Source of the DNA: Patescibacteria group bacterium
GTDB taxonomy: Bacteria > Patescibacteriota > Minisyncoccia > Phycocordibacterales > UBA12445
Direction of reading: 5' to 3'
NCBI GenBank assembly: GCA_003504275.1
Contig: DOAO01000008.1
Span: 1-60,539, forward strand
Length of the DNA stretch: 60,539 bases
Shown here piece by piece: positions 47,171 through 56,720 of this stretch; within the stretch, counting starts at the first letter, position 1, and each line of letters begins with the position of its first letter. Under the pieces are notes generated by a model, which worked only from the letters and a program-made list of their open reading frames with translations, made no database searches and was not told the DNA's origin. Both the position numbers and the translations under genes were made by a program.

Positions 47171-48058
47171 ATGGCTGCACCAGCACCCACTAGTGGGGGA
47201 GGAAAATCAATGTTAATGGAGGCTTTGTCATGGTTGTTCGTACTCTGGCTTCTTTGGGTTTTCTCCGGTGGGCCAAGCAGAATAGAAGAATCAAAAAAAC
47301 CTTTTTTAAAGCCACCAAGCCCACTTAATACAGGCGCTGTTTATGGGATTTTACCGGAAACGAATACGCCTGTTTTTGATTTTAAAAAAGATATTAGAGT
47401 AGGAGGTGGTATTGATTATTCCAACGTAAGTTTATCTTCTCCCATTAATCAAGAAACTGGACAAAGAATTATTGAAATTAGAGCAACGTCAAATAGTAAA
47501 AAAAGTTTAAATATAACAGGTTGGTCTGTGAAGGGGATAATGGATAAGAAACCGCGTGTTATCGGAAGGGGCTCACAAATATTTTATCAAGGCAAAGTTA
47601 ACCCAGAGCAAGAGATAATACTCTATCCTGGAGAAAAGGCTATTATTTTAGCAGGAGATTCTCCCGTCGGCGCTTCTTTTAAAGTAAATAAATGCACCGG
47701 TTATTTAGGTCAATTCCAGGTTTTTGTTCCTTCTTTTTTGCAAAATTGCCCTCATGTCGGTTTAGACGCCACTGTTGGTATTACTGATGGTATCTGTAGC
47801 CAGTTTATACGCTCTATCCCAAGGTGTAACGCGTTTATTCATGATTACCCAATGAATATTACTTCTGAGTGTAAGGAACTCGTAGAAGCGAATTTAACAC
47901 ACAATTCTTGTGTTGCTAATCACATAAAGGACTCAGATTTTTATAAAGGGGAGTGGAGAGTCTATCTTGGTGGTAGTGACTCTTTTGGTAGTAAAGATGG
48001 CGACATTGTGACTATTTACGATCGCGATGGTAACAAAATAGATTCAATAATCCTCTAA
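47171..48058 (+). CDS. Cys-rich exported protein with a lamin-tail-like domain
   Basis: TM, IEIRA..SLNITGWSVK, DIVTIYDRDGNKIDS. Confidence 0.65.
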   Translation: MAAPAPTSGGGKSMLMEALSWLFVLWLLWVFSGGPSRIEESKKPFLKPPSPLNTGAVYGILPETNTPVFDFKKDIRVGGGIDYSNVSLSSPINQETGQRIIEIRATSNSKKSLNITGWSVKGIMDKKPRVIGRGSQIFYQGKVNPEQEIILYPGEKAIILAGDSPVGASFKVNKCTGYLGQFQVFVPSFLQNCPHVGLDATVGITDGICSQFIRSIPRCNAFIHDYPMNITSECKELVEANLTHNSCVANHIKDSDFYKGEWRVYLGGSDSFGSKDGDIVTIYDRDGNKIDSIIL

Positions 48059-48318
48059 TTACCTAACATATCCTCAAGTTATTTTAAGTTACCCACTCTT
48101 TTTCCACAGAAAAAATTAAAAAACCGGCACTTTCCGGTATTTTTGCTGTTTTAGGAAGTTTTCCTCTCTTTATCCCCACAATATCCCCACTTTTTTTAAA
48201 ATACTAAATTTGGACGTTCCATGTCCAAATCAGAGTTAGCTATTGCTAATGAGAAGTTTTTGTATCGTCTCGTTAAAAAGCTTTACTTAATACTTCACGA
48301 GAGTAGTATTTTTCCATA

Positions 48319-49878
48319 ATGAAAAATATTTTTGTTTTAATTTTTGCGGTTATTTTAATGATAAGTCCGATAATCGTTTCTGCTTCGGTTAAGATAAACG
48401 AGATTGCTTGGATGGGTACAGATGAATCATACAGTAACGAGTGGATTGAATTATATAACGATGGTGGCGGAGAGGTTGATGTTTCTAATTGGGTATTAGG
48501 GTGGAAAGGAGGAACATCCTCTGTAATTATAGGTAAAGATAAAAAATGCCAGAATGTTAAAATCCCTGCCGGTGGTTTTTATCTCATGGAAAGAACAGAC
48601 GATAATTCTGTTCCAAATATTATTGCAGATTGTATCTATGTTGGCGATCTTTCTAATGATGGCGAGATAATGATTTTGAATAATGGAGGGGGCGTCGAGA
48701 TGGATATCGTAAATGGCTCCAAAAAAGTTAAGCCATGGGATATAAATAATTCGGGCGAAACTATCGGAAAGAATGAAAAGCCTAAATTGACCGCCCAGCT
48801 CACAGTTTCAGGTTGGATTACAGCGACAGCCACTCCCAAGGCAATTAATTCATCTACATCATCGGGAGGAAGTTCTGGAAGCGGAGATACTTCTACGACA
48901 ACCACAGCCACAGAATCTGAGGAGAATAGTGGCTCAACCGCTAATTATACCTATTCTGCTCATTCTGGATCTTCTGAATTGAGTAAAAAAACAACAAAAA
49001 TCAAAGCCTCTCTTAGTGCCGGTAGAGATAGAATTGTTTTGACAGGCACACCTGTCCAGTTCTCGGCTCAGCTTATAGATGAGTCTGGCAACGTGCTTGA
49101 TGGCGATAATTACAGATGGTCTTTTGGGGATGCGGGATATGCTTCCGGTAAACAAACTGCGCATATATATGATGTTGCTGGAGAATATGTCACTGTATTA
49201 AATGCATCTTTCGGTGGTCAAGAATATACCAGCAGGTCCAATTTAAAATCAGTTGAACCGGATTTCAAAATGAATGCCATTTTGAGGAGTGTGGGTGATT
49301 CCGTAATATATATAACGAATAATTCATCAAACGAGGTTAACCTTAGAGGGTGGCAGATTAGGACAAAAAGAAGAAGTTTCCTTTCGGAGGCTGATATAAT
49401 AATTTTACCAAAGAAAACAACCCCACTTTCCCAAAAATCTACCAACATGGATCTCTGGGAGGGGGAGGAGTTGGAGTTAGTTTATCCAACTGGTAAGATT
49501 TATACATCAATTAAGGTAAAAAAGGAGGTTATTTTAGCACCTAATTTATTTGGACATTCCATGTCCAAAACGGGAGAAGTAGCGAGTTCTTCAGAAAATG
49601 TGGATAAAGCTGTGGATAACCTGGGGAAAGAGTTGTGGACAAGCCAACTATATTCCTTGGAAGAACAGCTTAAAAATCTTCAAAATTCCTTGGTTGCCAA
49701 CGTGTCTGAGTCAAAAAGACTTTCCCTAAACAGCAAAAAAGAAGATATTTTAATAAAAGAAGAAGTGGTTGTGGAAAAGATGTCTACTACAACAATTGAT
49801 GATGAAAATATCGTTATAATTCCACAAAAAAGAGAATCATCTTTTTGGAAATTTTTGAAAGGGGTATTTGGGCGCTAA
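48319..49878 (+). CDS. secreted lamin-tail-domain + PKD protein
   Basis: Signal peptide, KINEIAWMG..EWIELYN, YRWSFGD..HIYDVAGEY, second NEVNLRGWQI. Confidence 0.8.
   Translation: MKNIFVLIFAVILMISPIIVSASVKINEIAWMGTDESYSNEWIELYNDGGGEVDVSNWVLGWKGGTSSVIIGKDKKCQNVKIPAGGFYLMERTDDNSVPNIIADCIYVGDLSNDGEIMILNNGGGVEMDIVNGSKKVKPWDINNSGETIGKNEKPKLTAQLTVSGWITATATPKAINSSTSSGGSSGSGDTSTTTTATESEENSGSTANYTYSAHSGSSELSKKTTKIKASLSAGRDRIVLTGTPVQFSAQLIDESGNVLDGDNYRWSFGDAGYASGKQTAHIYDVAGEYVTVLNASFGGQEYTSRSNLKSVEPDFKMNAILRSVGDSVIYITNNSSNEVNLRGWQIRTKRRSFLSEADIIILPKKTTPLSQKSTNMDLWEGEELELVYPTGKIYTSIKVKKEVILAPNLFGHSMSKTGEVASSSENVDKAVDNLGKELWTSQLYSLEEQLKNLQNSLVANVSESKRLSLNSKKEDILIKEEVVVEKMSTTTIDDENIVIIPQKRESSFWKFLKGVFGR
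49599..49642 (-). promoter_or_regulatory. intragenic DnaA-box cluster
   Basis: TGTGGATAA at 49599 and 49611; near matches at 49622 and 49634. Confidence 0.6.
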
Positions 49879-49882
49879 TAAA

Positions 49883-50485
49883 ATGAATAAAAAGGAGAAA
49901 AAACAATTAATGGATGAAATGAGTGCCGAGCTCTCGGCTCTTAAGAAGTCTCCTTTATATAAATACAGAACAGAGAATAATTATTTGCCCGTTGTTGGCG
50001 AGGGGGATTTGTCTGCAAAAATAATGTTCATTGGGGAGGCACCTGGTAGAAATGAGGCAAAGACCGGTCGTCCGTTTTGTGGTTCCGCGGGAAAAATTCT
50101 AGATGAATTATTGTTGGCGACTGGTCACAAAAGAGAAGATGTTTTTGTTACGAATATTGTAAAAGACAGGCCACCGGAAAATAGAGATCCATCGCCGGAG
50201 GAAATAAAAATTTACGGTCCATTTTTAGACAGACAAATAGATTTGATTAGACCAAAAGTTATTGCAACTCTCGGGCGATACTCTATGAAATATATTTTGG
50301 AAAAATTTGGATTACATTCCGAGCTTAAGCCGATAAGCGAAATGCACGGAAAATATCTAGAAGCCAAAGCTCCGTATGGAAAGATAAAAATTGCTGTTTT
50401 ATATCATCCTTGCGTGGCTATATATAACAGAAGTAAGATGCCTGACTTAAAAAAAGATTTTAAAATCCTTACAAAATTAAGCTAG
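49883..50485 (+). CDS. uracil-DNA glycosylase, family 4-like
   Basis: IGEAPG..E..TGRPFCG, TNIVKDRPPENRDP, LYHP. Confidence 0.93.
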   Translation: MNKKEKKQLMDEMSAELSALKKSPLYKYRTENNYLPVVGEGDLSAKIMFIGEAPGRNEAKTGRPFCGSAGKILDELLLATGHKREDVFVTNIVKDRPPENRDPSPEEIKIYGPFLDRQIDLIRPKVIATLGRYSMKYILEKFGLHSELKPISEMHGKYLEAKAPYGKIKIAVLYHPCVAIYNRSKMPDLKKDFKILTKLS

Positions 50486-50593
50486 CCCGCCAAAATTTTT
50501 CACTAAGTATTTTTTAGGGATAAAAAGTTGGTATAATTAAAGAAAACGATAATCGTTTAGATAAATAGGAAATATTAAAAAATTTAGGAGGGT
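50485..50593 (+). mobile_element. MITE-like element, family E
   Basis: GCCCGCCAAAATTTTT ... AAAAAATTTAGGAGGGT. Confidence 0.65.
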
Positions 50594-50610
50594 AAAATTA
50601 AAATAAACAA

Positions 50611-51171
50611 ATGGTTACTGAAATAAAGAATGATGGTAATAATGAATGTGAAAATAATAGAAAGTGGTCTCTCACAGCAAAGGTAATAGGAACAATTTTG
50701 GCAATTTTACTTGCGCTTTTTGTGGGTATTACCGCACTCGGTTATTATTGGCCGGATATTCAGAATTATAGATACAAGATGGAGGCGGAGAGATTCCAGA
50801 AGGAGATAGATGCCGAAAGGGCTCGTATTTCAGCCCTAGAAAAGGCGGATACCTTCGGCGGTAAAACGCCTGAGGAGACTTTTGATATGTTTTTGGTCGC
50901 CTTGAATAAGGGTGACGTGGAGCTCGCAAGTAAATACTATGATGTAACTGTACAGGATGTGGCACTTCTTGGACTTAAAAAAGAATTGACTGAAGAAGGT
51001 AATCTGGAAATGAGTATAAAATATTTTACGGACGTGAGAGGAGGGGAGAAGAAGTGTAACCGTGGCGCAACCGGATGTGTTTTTGAGTATGAGGTAATTA
51101 AAGGATTTGAGTCCCTTTCATTAAGAAGTAATCCCCAAAATAATCTCTGGAAAATAACCCAGCCATACTAA
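50611..51171 (+). CDS. membrane-anchored hypothetical protein
   Basis: One TM, then DTFGGKTPEETFDMFL.AL.KGD.ELASKY; abuts the next gene. Confidence 0.7.
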   Translation: MVTEIKNDGNNECENNRKWSLTAKVIGTILAILLALFVGITALGYYWPDIQNYRYKMEAERFQKEIDAERARISALEKADTFGGKTPEETFDMFLVALNKGDVELASKYYDVTVQDVALLGLKKELTEEGNLEMSIKYFTDVRGGEKKCNRGATGCVFEYEVIKGFESLSLRSNPQNNLWKITQPY

Positions 51172-54100
51172 ATGAAACCAAAAATAATATTATTTTTGGC
51201 TCTTCTGTTTTTTCCTGTTGCTAATATTTCTGCATATAGTCCGGAGACCACACATGCAGGGCTCGCCGAGCAATCGGTGTTTTTCTATAACAAAAATTTC
51301 ACAAGGCAGATAAGCGACAAAGAAAAAGAATTTATTATAGAAGGAGCTATTGCAGAAGATCGTCCTGTTTTAAGAACGTTAAATCATTTTTATGATCCAA
51401 TAAGAAATATTGGAATAAATAACTATAGACATGCGAAAGATTGGGCAACCTTAGAATATACGGACAATGTTTATACTTGGGGTGGGGCTATAAATGAATA
51501 TGCGAAAGGAAATAAAGAGAATGCCTTTATTTACCTCGGTCATATTTTGCATTTAATAGAGGATATGACCGTACCAGACCATACTAGGAATGACCCTCAT
51601 ATGGGAGCTTTGAATACAGGAGAAAGCTCTTATGAGGATTGGGCGAAGAAAAGTAAAAATAGAGCCACACTTTCCGGGCTCTCTAACACATATTTATTAG
51701 AAAAGCCTATATTTTTCAATGATATTATTGATTATTTTGATTTTTTGGCTAATTATTCCAATAGAAATTTTTTTGGAGATGATTCTATAAAAAATAATGT
51801 TTATCAGTACGAATATCCCAAAATAACAAACAAAGATAGGCGTTTTGTTTATTCTATAGATTCTATTTATGGTAAAGAATTTGCTGTTTTAAATTTAAGA
51901 ATAGATAGGAGGGGAAACGAGGAATTATTTTTGGTGGATGATGAAAAAACAGATGTTCTCTCCGGCTACTTTGACCGCCTTGGCAAACAAGCCATTCTCG
52001 CCGGTGCTGGGGTTATTGATCTATTTTTCCGCGAAGCGGAAGTTGCACGAACAGATTATCTGAAAAAGCAGTCCGAGGAATTTCAAAAAGAGACCCAGAA
52101 TGCGATAGAGCTTAACAAAAAATTACAAAATTCTAATATTGTTGGACTTACTCTTTACGGTGTGTCATATCTTGTGAACGAAAACATCATTTCTCCCACA
52201 AGCGCAAAAATTTATTCGATTAAAAATGGTCTCGTTTCAGGTGTTAAAATAGTCGGTTCAACTTTAAGCAATACCAGTTCGCTAATTTCTTTTACTGCAA
52301 GTGCCCTTGCTAAAGATACAGTAAGCGAAATTTCAAGTGTATTCGCATCCCCGTCAGACACTAAAAAAATCGCCACAGCAGTCTCGGCAAAAAACAGTAT
52401 TCCAAGTATCTCTACGGCAATAAATAGTTTCGCGAACAATTCGGCAATTACTGCCCCCGAAATAATAAAAGAAAATATTACAGAAGACACTAATTTACCA
52501 GAAACAGAAACCTTATCATCGGACTATCTGAAGGAACTTTCGGAAGCTTATTCATTACTTTCTAGTTTAAAAGAAGCAGTGCCAACGGTTGCTCCCAAAA
52601 TAATTTCTGTCATAACACTATATTCTCCTGGTTTTGGTGGAGGGGAGGCTCCTAAGGTCTCAGTCTCAGAGGAGGAAATTACCAAAACTGTGGATAAAGG
52701 TGTGGATAAGGTTGTGGATAACTCAAACCAAGAAGAAGAAAAGACAGTGGATGAGCCACAGGATGTAGTTAGTACGACAGAGGACGAAATTGTGGAAAAC
52801 GAGGCAACAACCACCGAATCCACTCTTTTGGATGAGGTAATTGAGTTTATTACCCCTGTTTTAGATACAACTCCGCCTGATATTTCTCTTACTATAAATT
52901 CCTGCGCAGATTCGCTATCGGATACCGCTTGTTTACTTGCCACAACCACCATTGAGGCGACCTGGAGGTCAGATGCGGACGACCTCTCGTATTTTGAAAT
53001 AAAAAAAGATACTGAAATAAGCACAACCACAGACACGTCTATTATTTTTGAGGTTGCAGATAAAACTTCGCATAAATTTTCTGTGTCGGCTGTTGATAAG
53101 GCGGACAATATATCCGAGCAAGTTTCAAAAAGTTTTGAGATTTTTAAAAATCCGGTTGTCATAAATGAAGTCGCTTGGGGAGGTACTTCCGGTCATCCTG
53201 AAGACGAATGGTTGGAGCTTTATAATTTGTCAAACCAAACAATCACTTTAGATAATTGGATCTTGTCTTCAAAAACAGATAAATCTTTAAAAATAATTTT
53301 ATCCGGAACAATTTCTCCAAACGGTTTTTATCTTATAGAGAGAAAAAATGACGACGAGACAGACGAAGCCACACAAAGTCCTATTAAAAACATAACAGCT
53401 GATCTGTGGACGAGTTTTGGTTCAGGTATCTTTGATTCGGGAGAAAGTTTAGTTTTGTCTCGAGCCTCTACAACTATAGATGAAGTGCCTTACTCGCTTA
53501 ATTGGAATGGTGCCGTAGTGAAGACTTTGTCTGCAGAAAGATGTCTTGATTGTGGAATATATAATTGGTCAATAAATAATAGTGAAATAAGAAATGGCTT
53601 AAATGTTTCCGGCTCTCCTATATATGGAACACCTCGTTCAAGAAATTACAGAGATTATCTTATCCCTATTAGCGGAGTTTCGGGAGATTTTACATTATTA
53701 GCTTCAAAAAGTCCTTATTTAGTACCAAAAAGTTCTACTTTGACGATAAGAGAGGGAGTCAATTTCAATATTGAACCAGGCGTTACTATAAAATTCGGAG
53801 ATGGCGCATCTATTAGGTCTGAAGGCAAAATATCTGCAAATGGCACAGCAGAAAAACCTATTGTATTTACCGCTTTTTCAGACGATGACTATGGTGGAGA
53901 TATGAACAGTGATGGGATGTGTGGTAAGGGTAACGCATCAAGCACGGCATCTTGTCCGTCAGTGGGGAAGTGGTACGGCGTTATTCTTTTATCAAAAGAA
54001 AAAAGCTCAATATTTAAAAATACGATTTTTAGGTATGGAGGATTAAATTATGGAACAACAAAGGGGATGATATGTGCAGATTCTTCTTCTGTGGATATAT

Positions 54101-54912
54101 TTGATTCTGTTTTTGAATATTCCGGAAGTGATGGTGTTGGTTTGAAGAATTCTAGTGGGCAAATTTTGGGAAATACTTTTAAAAAGAACAATGCCATTTT
54201 GTCAGGTAACGGTCTCAGTGTTTCTCTTGGTGCGCCAATGATAAAAAATAATAATTTTATTGAGAATTCAGTTGGACTTTATTTATATGGCTCGTCGGCC
54301 GATGTTGTGGATAATATTTTTGATGGAAATACTTCAAAGGGTATTTCTGTGGTGGGTAAACCTGGCAACACAATGACCGGTAACCGTTCTGTTGGTGGCT
54401 CTTTGAAAACGGGCGACCTTATAAATTTAACGAGCAATATTTCTAGTCTCAATTCCACAACTGCACTCCTCTCTAATCCGATGCCATATTTTATAAGCGG
54501 AACGCTTCAGGTTCCCCTTGGGTCAACACTACATATATATGAAGGAGTAAAAATAATGGGAACAAGTATCGGAACCAACAGTCGTTTTTTGATTAACGGA
54601 GAACTCTTTGTTTTGGGTTCTGAAACGAGCCCAGTTGTATTTTCGTCAAATCTAGAAACACCTACTAAGAGTGGTTGGCATGGTATACAAGCAGGTAATG
54701 GGAGTCGTGTCGATATAAAGAATGCTGTTTTTAAAGATGCAACGTCGGGTATAACATATTATAAATCGCCGATTATTTTGGAAAATATTTTATTTTCAAA
54801 TAATCAATTGGGAATTTCGATTGGCCAATTTCCATCCCCGTTAGAAAAAGCTATCAATGTAATATTTGAATCAGACAACAATGCGACGACGAGTCCGAAG
54901 GGGATATGGTAG
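51172..54912 (+). CDS. secreted multidomain protein: Zn phospholipase C/S1-P1-like domain, linker, lamin-tail domain, beta-helix
   Basis: Signal peptide, YSPETTH, NHFYDP, LGHILHLIEDMTVPDH, YE; VINEVAWGG..DEWLELYN; IEPGVTIKF..GTAEKPIVFT. Confidence 0.75.
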   Translation: MKPKIILFLALLFFPVANISAYSPETTHAGLAEQSVFFYNKNFTRQISDKEKEFIIEGAIAEDRPVLRTLNHFYDPIRNIGINNYRHAKDWATLEYTDNVYTWGGAINEYAKGNKENAFIYLGHILHLIEDMTVPDHTRNDPHMGALNTGESSYEDWAKKSKNRATLSGLSNTYLLEKPIFFNDIIDYFDFLANYSNRNFFGDDSIKNNVYQYEYPKITNKDRRFVYSIDSIYGKEFAVLNLRIDRRGNEELFLVDDEKTDVLSGYFDRLGKQAILAGAGVIDLFFREAEVARTDYLKKQSEEFQKETQNAIELNKKLQNSNIVGLTLYGVSYLVNENIISPTSAKIYSIKNGLVSGVKIVGSTLSNTSSLISFTASALAKDTVSEISSVFASPSDTKKIATAVSAKNSIPSISTAINSFANNSAITAPEIIKENITEDTNLPETETLSSDYLKELSEAYSLLSSLKEAVPTVAPKIISVITLYSPGFGGGEAPKVSVSEEEITKTVDKGVDKVVDNSNQEEEKTVDEPQDVVSTTEDEIVENEATTTESTLLDEVIEFITPVLDTTPPDISLTINSCADSLSDTACLLATTTIEATWRSDADDLSYFEIKKDTEISTTTDTSIIFEVADKTSHKFSVSAVDKADNISEQVSKSFEIFKNPVVINEVAWGGTSGHPEDEWLELYNLSNQTITLDNWILSSKTDKSLKIILSGTISPNGFYLIERKNDDETDEATQSPIKNITADLWTSFGSGIFDSGESLVLSRASTTIDEVPYSLNWNGAVVKTLSAERCLDCGIYNWSINNSEIRNGLNVSGSPIYGTPRSRNYRDYLIPISGVSGDFTLLASKSPYLVPKSSTLTIREGVNFNIEPGVTIKFGDGASIRSEGKISANGTAEKPIVFTAFSDDDYGGDMNSDGMCGKGNASSTASCPSVGKWYGVILLSKEKSSIFKNTIFRYGGLNYGTTKGMICADSSSVDIFDSVFEYSGSDGVGLKNSSGQILGNTFKKNNAILSGNGLSVSLGAPMIKNNNFIENSVGLYLYGSSADVVDNIFDGNTSKGISVVGKPGNTMTGNRSVGGSLKTGDLINLTSNISSLNSTTALLSNPMPYFISGTLQVPLGSTLHIYEGVKIMGTSIGTNSRFLINGELFVLGSETSPVVFSSNLETPTKSGWHGIQAGNGSRVDIKNAVFKDATSGITYYKSPIILENILFSNNQLGISIGQFPSPLEKAINVIFESDNNATTSPKGIW
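52689..52721 (-). promoter_or_regulatory. intragenic DnaA-box triplet
   Basis: Perfect TGTGGATAA at 52689, 52701 and 52713. Confidence 0.65.
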
Positions 54913-54974
54913 TCGCTTGGGGTTGAAGCATTTATTGATTTATTGTGAAAAGTAAGAGAAGGGGAAACATAAGT

Positions 54975-55003
54975 TTGACATTGAATAAGCTTCTTGGTAG
55001 TAT
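54975..55003 (+). promoter_or_regulatory. sigma70 promoter for the rpsN-secY operon
   Basis: TTGACA-17-TAGTAT with extended TG. Confidence 0.75.
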
Positions 55004-55071
55004 AGACCGCAGTTTCAAAAAGGTATTTTTTAATAGTTTTTAAGTTAGTTTGAGTAAATTTATTAGTATTT

Positions 55072-55257
55072 ATGGCAAAGAAATCAGTAATAGCCAGAGC
55101 GGCAAAAACACCTAAGTTTAGTACTAGGTCCGTTTCTAGATGCTTTAGATGCGGAAGAAAGAGGGGTTATATGAGAGATTTCGGTCTTTGTCGTATTTGT
55201 TTTAGGGAATTTGCTAATGACGGCAAAATTCCAGGGATAAGAAAATCATCATGGTAG
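55072..55257 (+). CDS. rpsN: 30S ribosomal protein uS14 (Zn type)
   Basis: [29 protein letters not shown]. Confidence 0.98.
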   Translation: MAKKSVIARAAKTPKFSTRSVSRCFRCGRKRGYMRDFGLCRICFREFANDGKIPGIRKSSW

Positions 55258-55688
55258 GAGATCCAATAGCAGATTTGATAACGAGAATAAAGAATGCCGC
55301 TACTGCGGGCAAGGATTCTGTTTCCGTTCCATTTTCAAAAATTAAATTAGAAATTGCAAACCTTCTTAAAGAAGAGGGTTATTTGAGTACTGTTGAAGAA
55401 TCTAGTGACGAAAAGATTGTTAGCGCAAGACAAATCAAGATGGGTTTAACCCGCATCGCAGCCGGAAACGGCGCCGTTGGCATGAAGAAGGCGAAAGTAA
55501 ACGGTGTGGAGAGGGTTTCCAAGCCATCTAGAAGAATATATGCCACCATGCAAGAGATAAGAGAGGGGGCTGGACACTCTAAGGCCGGAAAGGGCATTTT
55601 GGTTCTTTCTACCACAGCAGGAATTGTTTCAGGAAAGACTGCAGTCGAGAAGGGTCTTGGCGGAGAAGTGCTTTTTAAGATTTGGTAA
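55251..55688 (+). CDS. rpsH: 30S ribosomal protein uS8
   Basis: [32 protein letters not shown]. Confidence 0.97.
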   Translation: MVGDPIADLITRIKNAATAGKDSVSVPFSKIKLEIANLLKEEGYLSTVEESSDEKIVSARQIKMGLTRIAAGNGAVGMKKAKVNGVERVSKPSRRIYATMQEIREGAGHSKAGKGILVLSTTAGIVSGKTAVEKGLGGEVLFKIW

Positions 55689-55696
55689 ATTCAAAA

Positions 55697-56245
55697 ATGT
55701 CTAGAATAGGAAAACAAAAAATAACAGTACCATCCGGAGTCACCGCGACTATAGCCCTAGAAAAGGGTTTGCAGGTCGTTAAAATAAAAGGACCCCAGGG
55801 TGAGATGTCTAGGGAGTTTAGGCCGGAAATAAAAATAGATATAACTAATAACGAAATCACAGCTACACCCACAGTTGAGTCAATTTTTGGAAGATCTCTT
55901 TGGGGGACTTACGTTGCCCATCTGAAAAATATGGTAAAAGGTGTAACGGAGGGATTCAAAAAAGTTTTAATAGTAGAAGGTATCGGTTTTAAGGTGCAGT
56001 TGGCCGGTGAAAAATTAAATTTCAGTTTAGGTTTTTCTCATCCAGTAGAGGTTAAGTTGCCCAAAGGTATTAAAGCCACAGCAGAAAAAAATGTTTTGAC
56101 ATTAAATTCTTTTGACAAAGAGTTACTCGGACAGTTTGCAGAAAAAATTGTTTCCTTAAAGAAGCCGGAGCCTTATAAGGGTAAGGGTATAAAATATGAG
56201 GGACAGGTTATAAAGATCAAACAAGGAAAGAAAACAGTCTCATAA
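55697..56245 (+). CDS. rplF: 50S ribosomal protein uL6
   Basis: MSRIGK, LGFSHPV, PEPYKGKGI. Confidence 0.98.
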   Translation: MSRIGKQKITVPSGVTATIALEKGLQVVKIKGPQGEMSREFRPEIKIDITNNEITATPTVESIFGRSLWGTYVAHLKNMVKGVTEGFKKVLIVEGIGFKVQLAGEKLNFSLGFSHPVEVKLPKGIKATAEKNVLTLNSFDKELLGQFAEKIVSLKKPEPYKGKGIKYEGQVIKIKQGKKTVS

Positions 56246-56258
56246 TTAAAATAAAAAG

Positions 56259-56609
56259 ATGAAAGCTGGAAATACAAAAATAGTTAAAAGAGCAAGAAGA
56301 CAAAAAAGGATTAGATCTAAGGTTTTTGGAACCGCCGAAAAGCCAAGATTATCTATCTATAGATCTAATAAATTTACTTACGCACAGATAATAGATGACG
56401 TATCTGCAAAAACATTGGTATCTGCTAGTGATGTTGATGTAAAAAATGGCGGTAAGCTTTCTAGGGCCAGTGATGTTGGAAAACTCGTTGCTGAAAGAGC
56501 CAAAGAAAAGAAAATCAAGAAAGTTGTTTTTGATAGGGGAGGTTTCATTTATGCGGGCAGGGTAAAGGCTTTGGCCGAAAGTGCTCGCTCCAATGGATTG
56601 GATTTTTAA
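56259..56609 (+). CDS. rplR: 50S ribosomal protein uL18
   Basis: [30 protein letters not shown]. Confidence 0.98.
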   Translation: MKAGNTKIVKRARRQKRIRSKVFGTAEKPRLSIYRSNKFTYAQIIDDVSAKTLVSASDVDVKNGGKLSRASDVGKLVAERAKEKKIKKVVFDRGGFIYAGRVKALAESARSNGLDF

Positions 56610-56612
56610 CTC

Positions 56613-56711
56613 GCCCGCCAAAATTTTCGATAATTTGATTTAAAGAGTTAATATTAAGATAGGATTATAAAAAATATTTTAAAATTGATAGTTCGAAAAA
56701 TTTAGGAGGGT
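56613..56711 (+). mobile_element. MITE-like element, family E, inside the ribosomal protein operon
   Basis: GCCCGCCAAAATTTTCGA ... TCGAAAAATTTAGGAGGGT. Confidence 0.7.
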
Positions 56712-56720
56712 AAAATAAAC

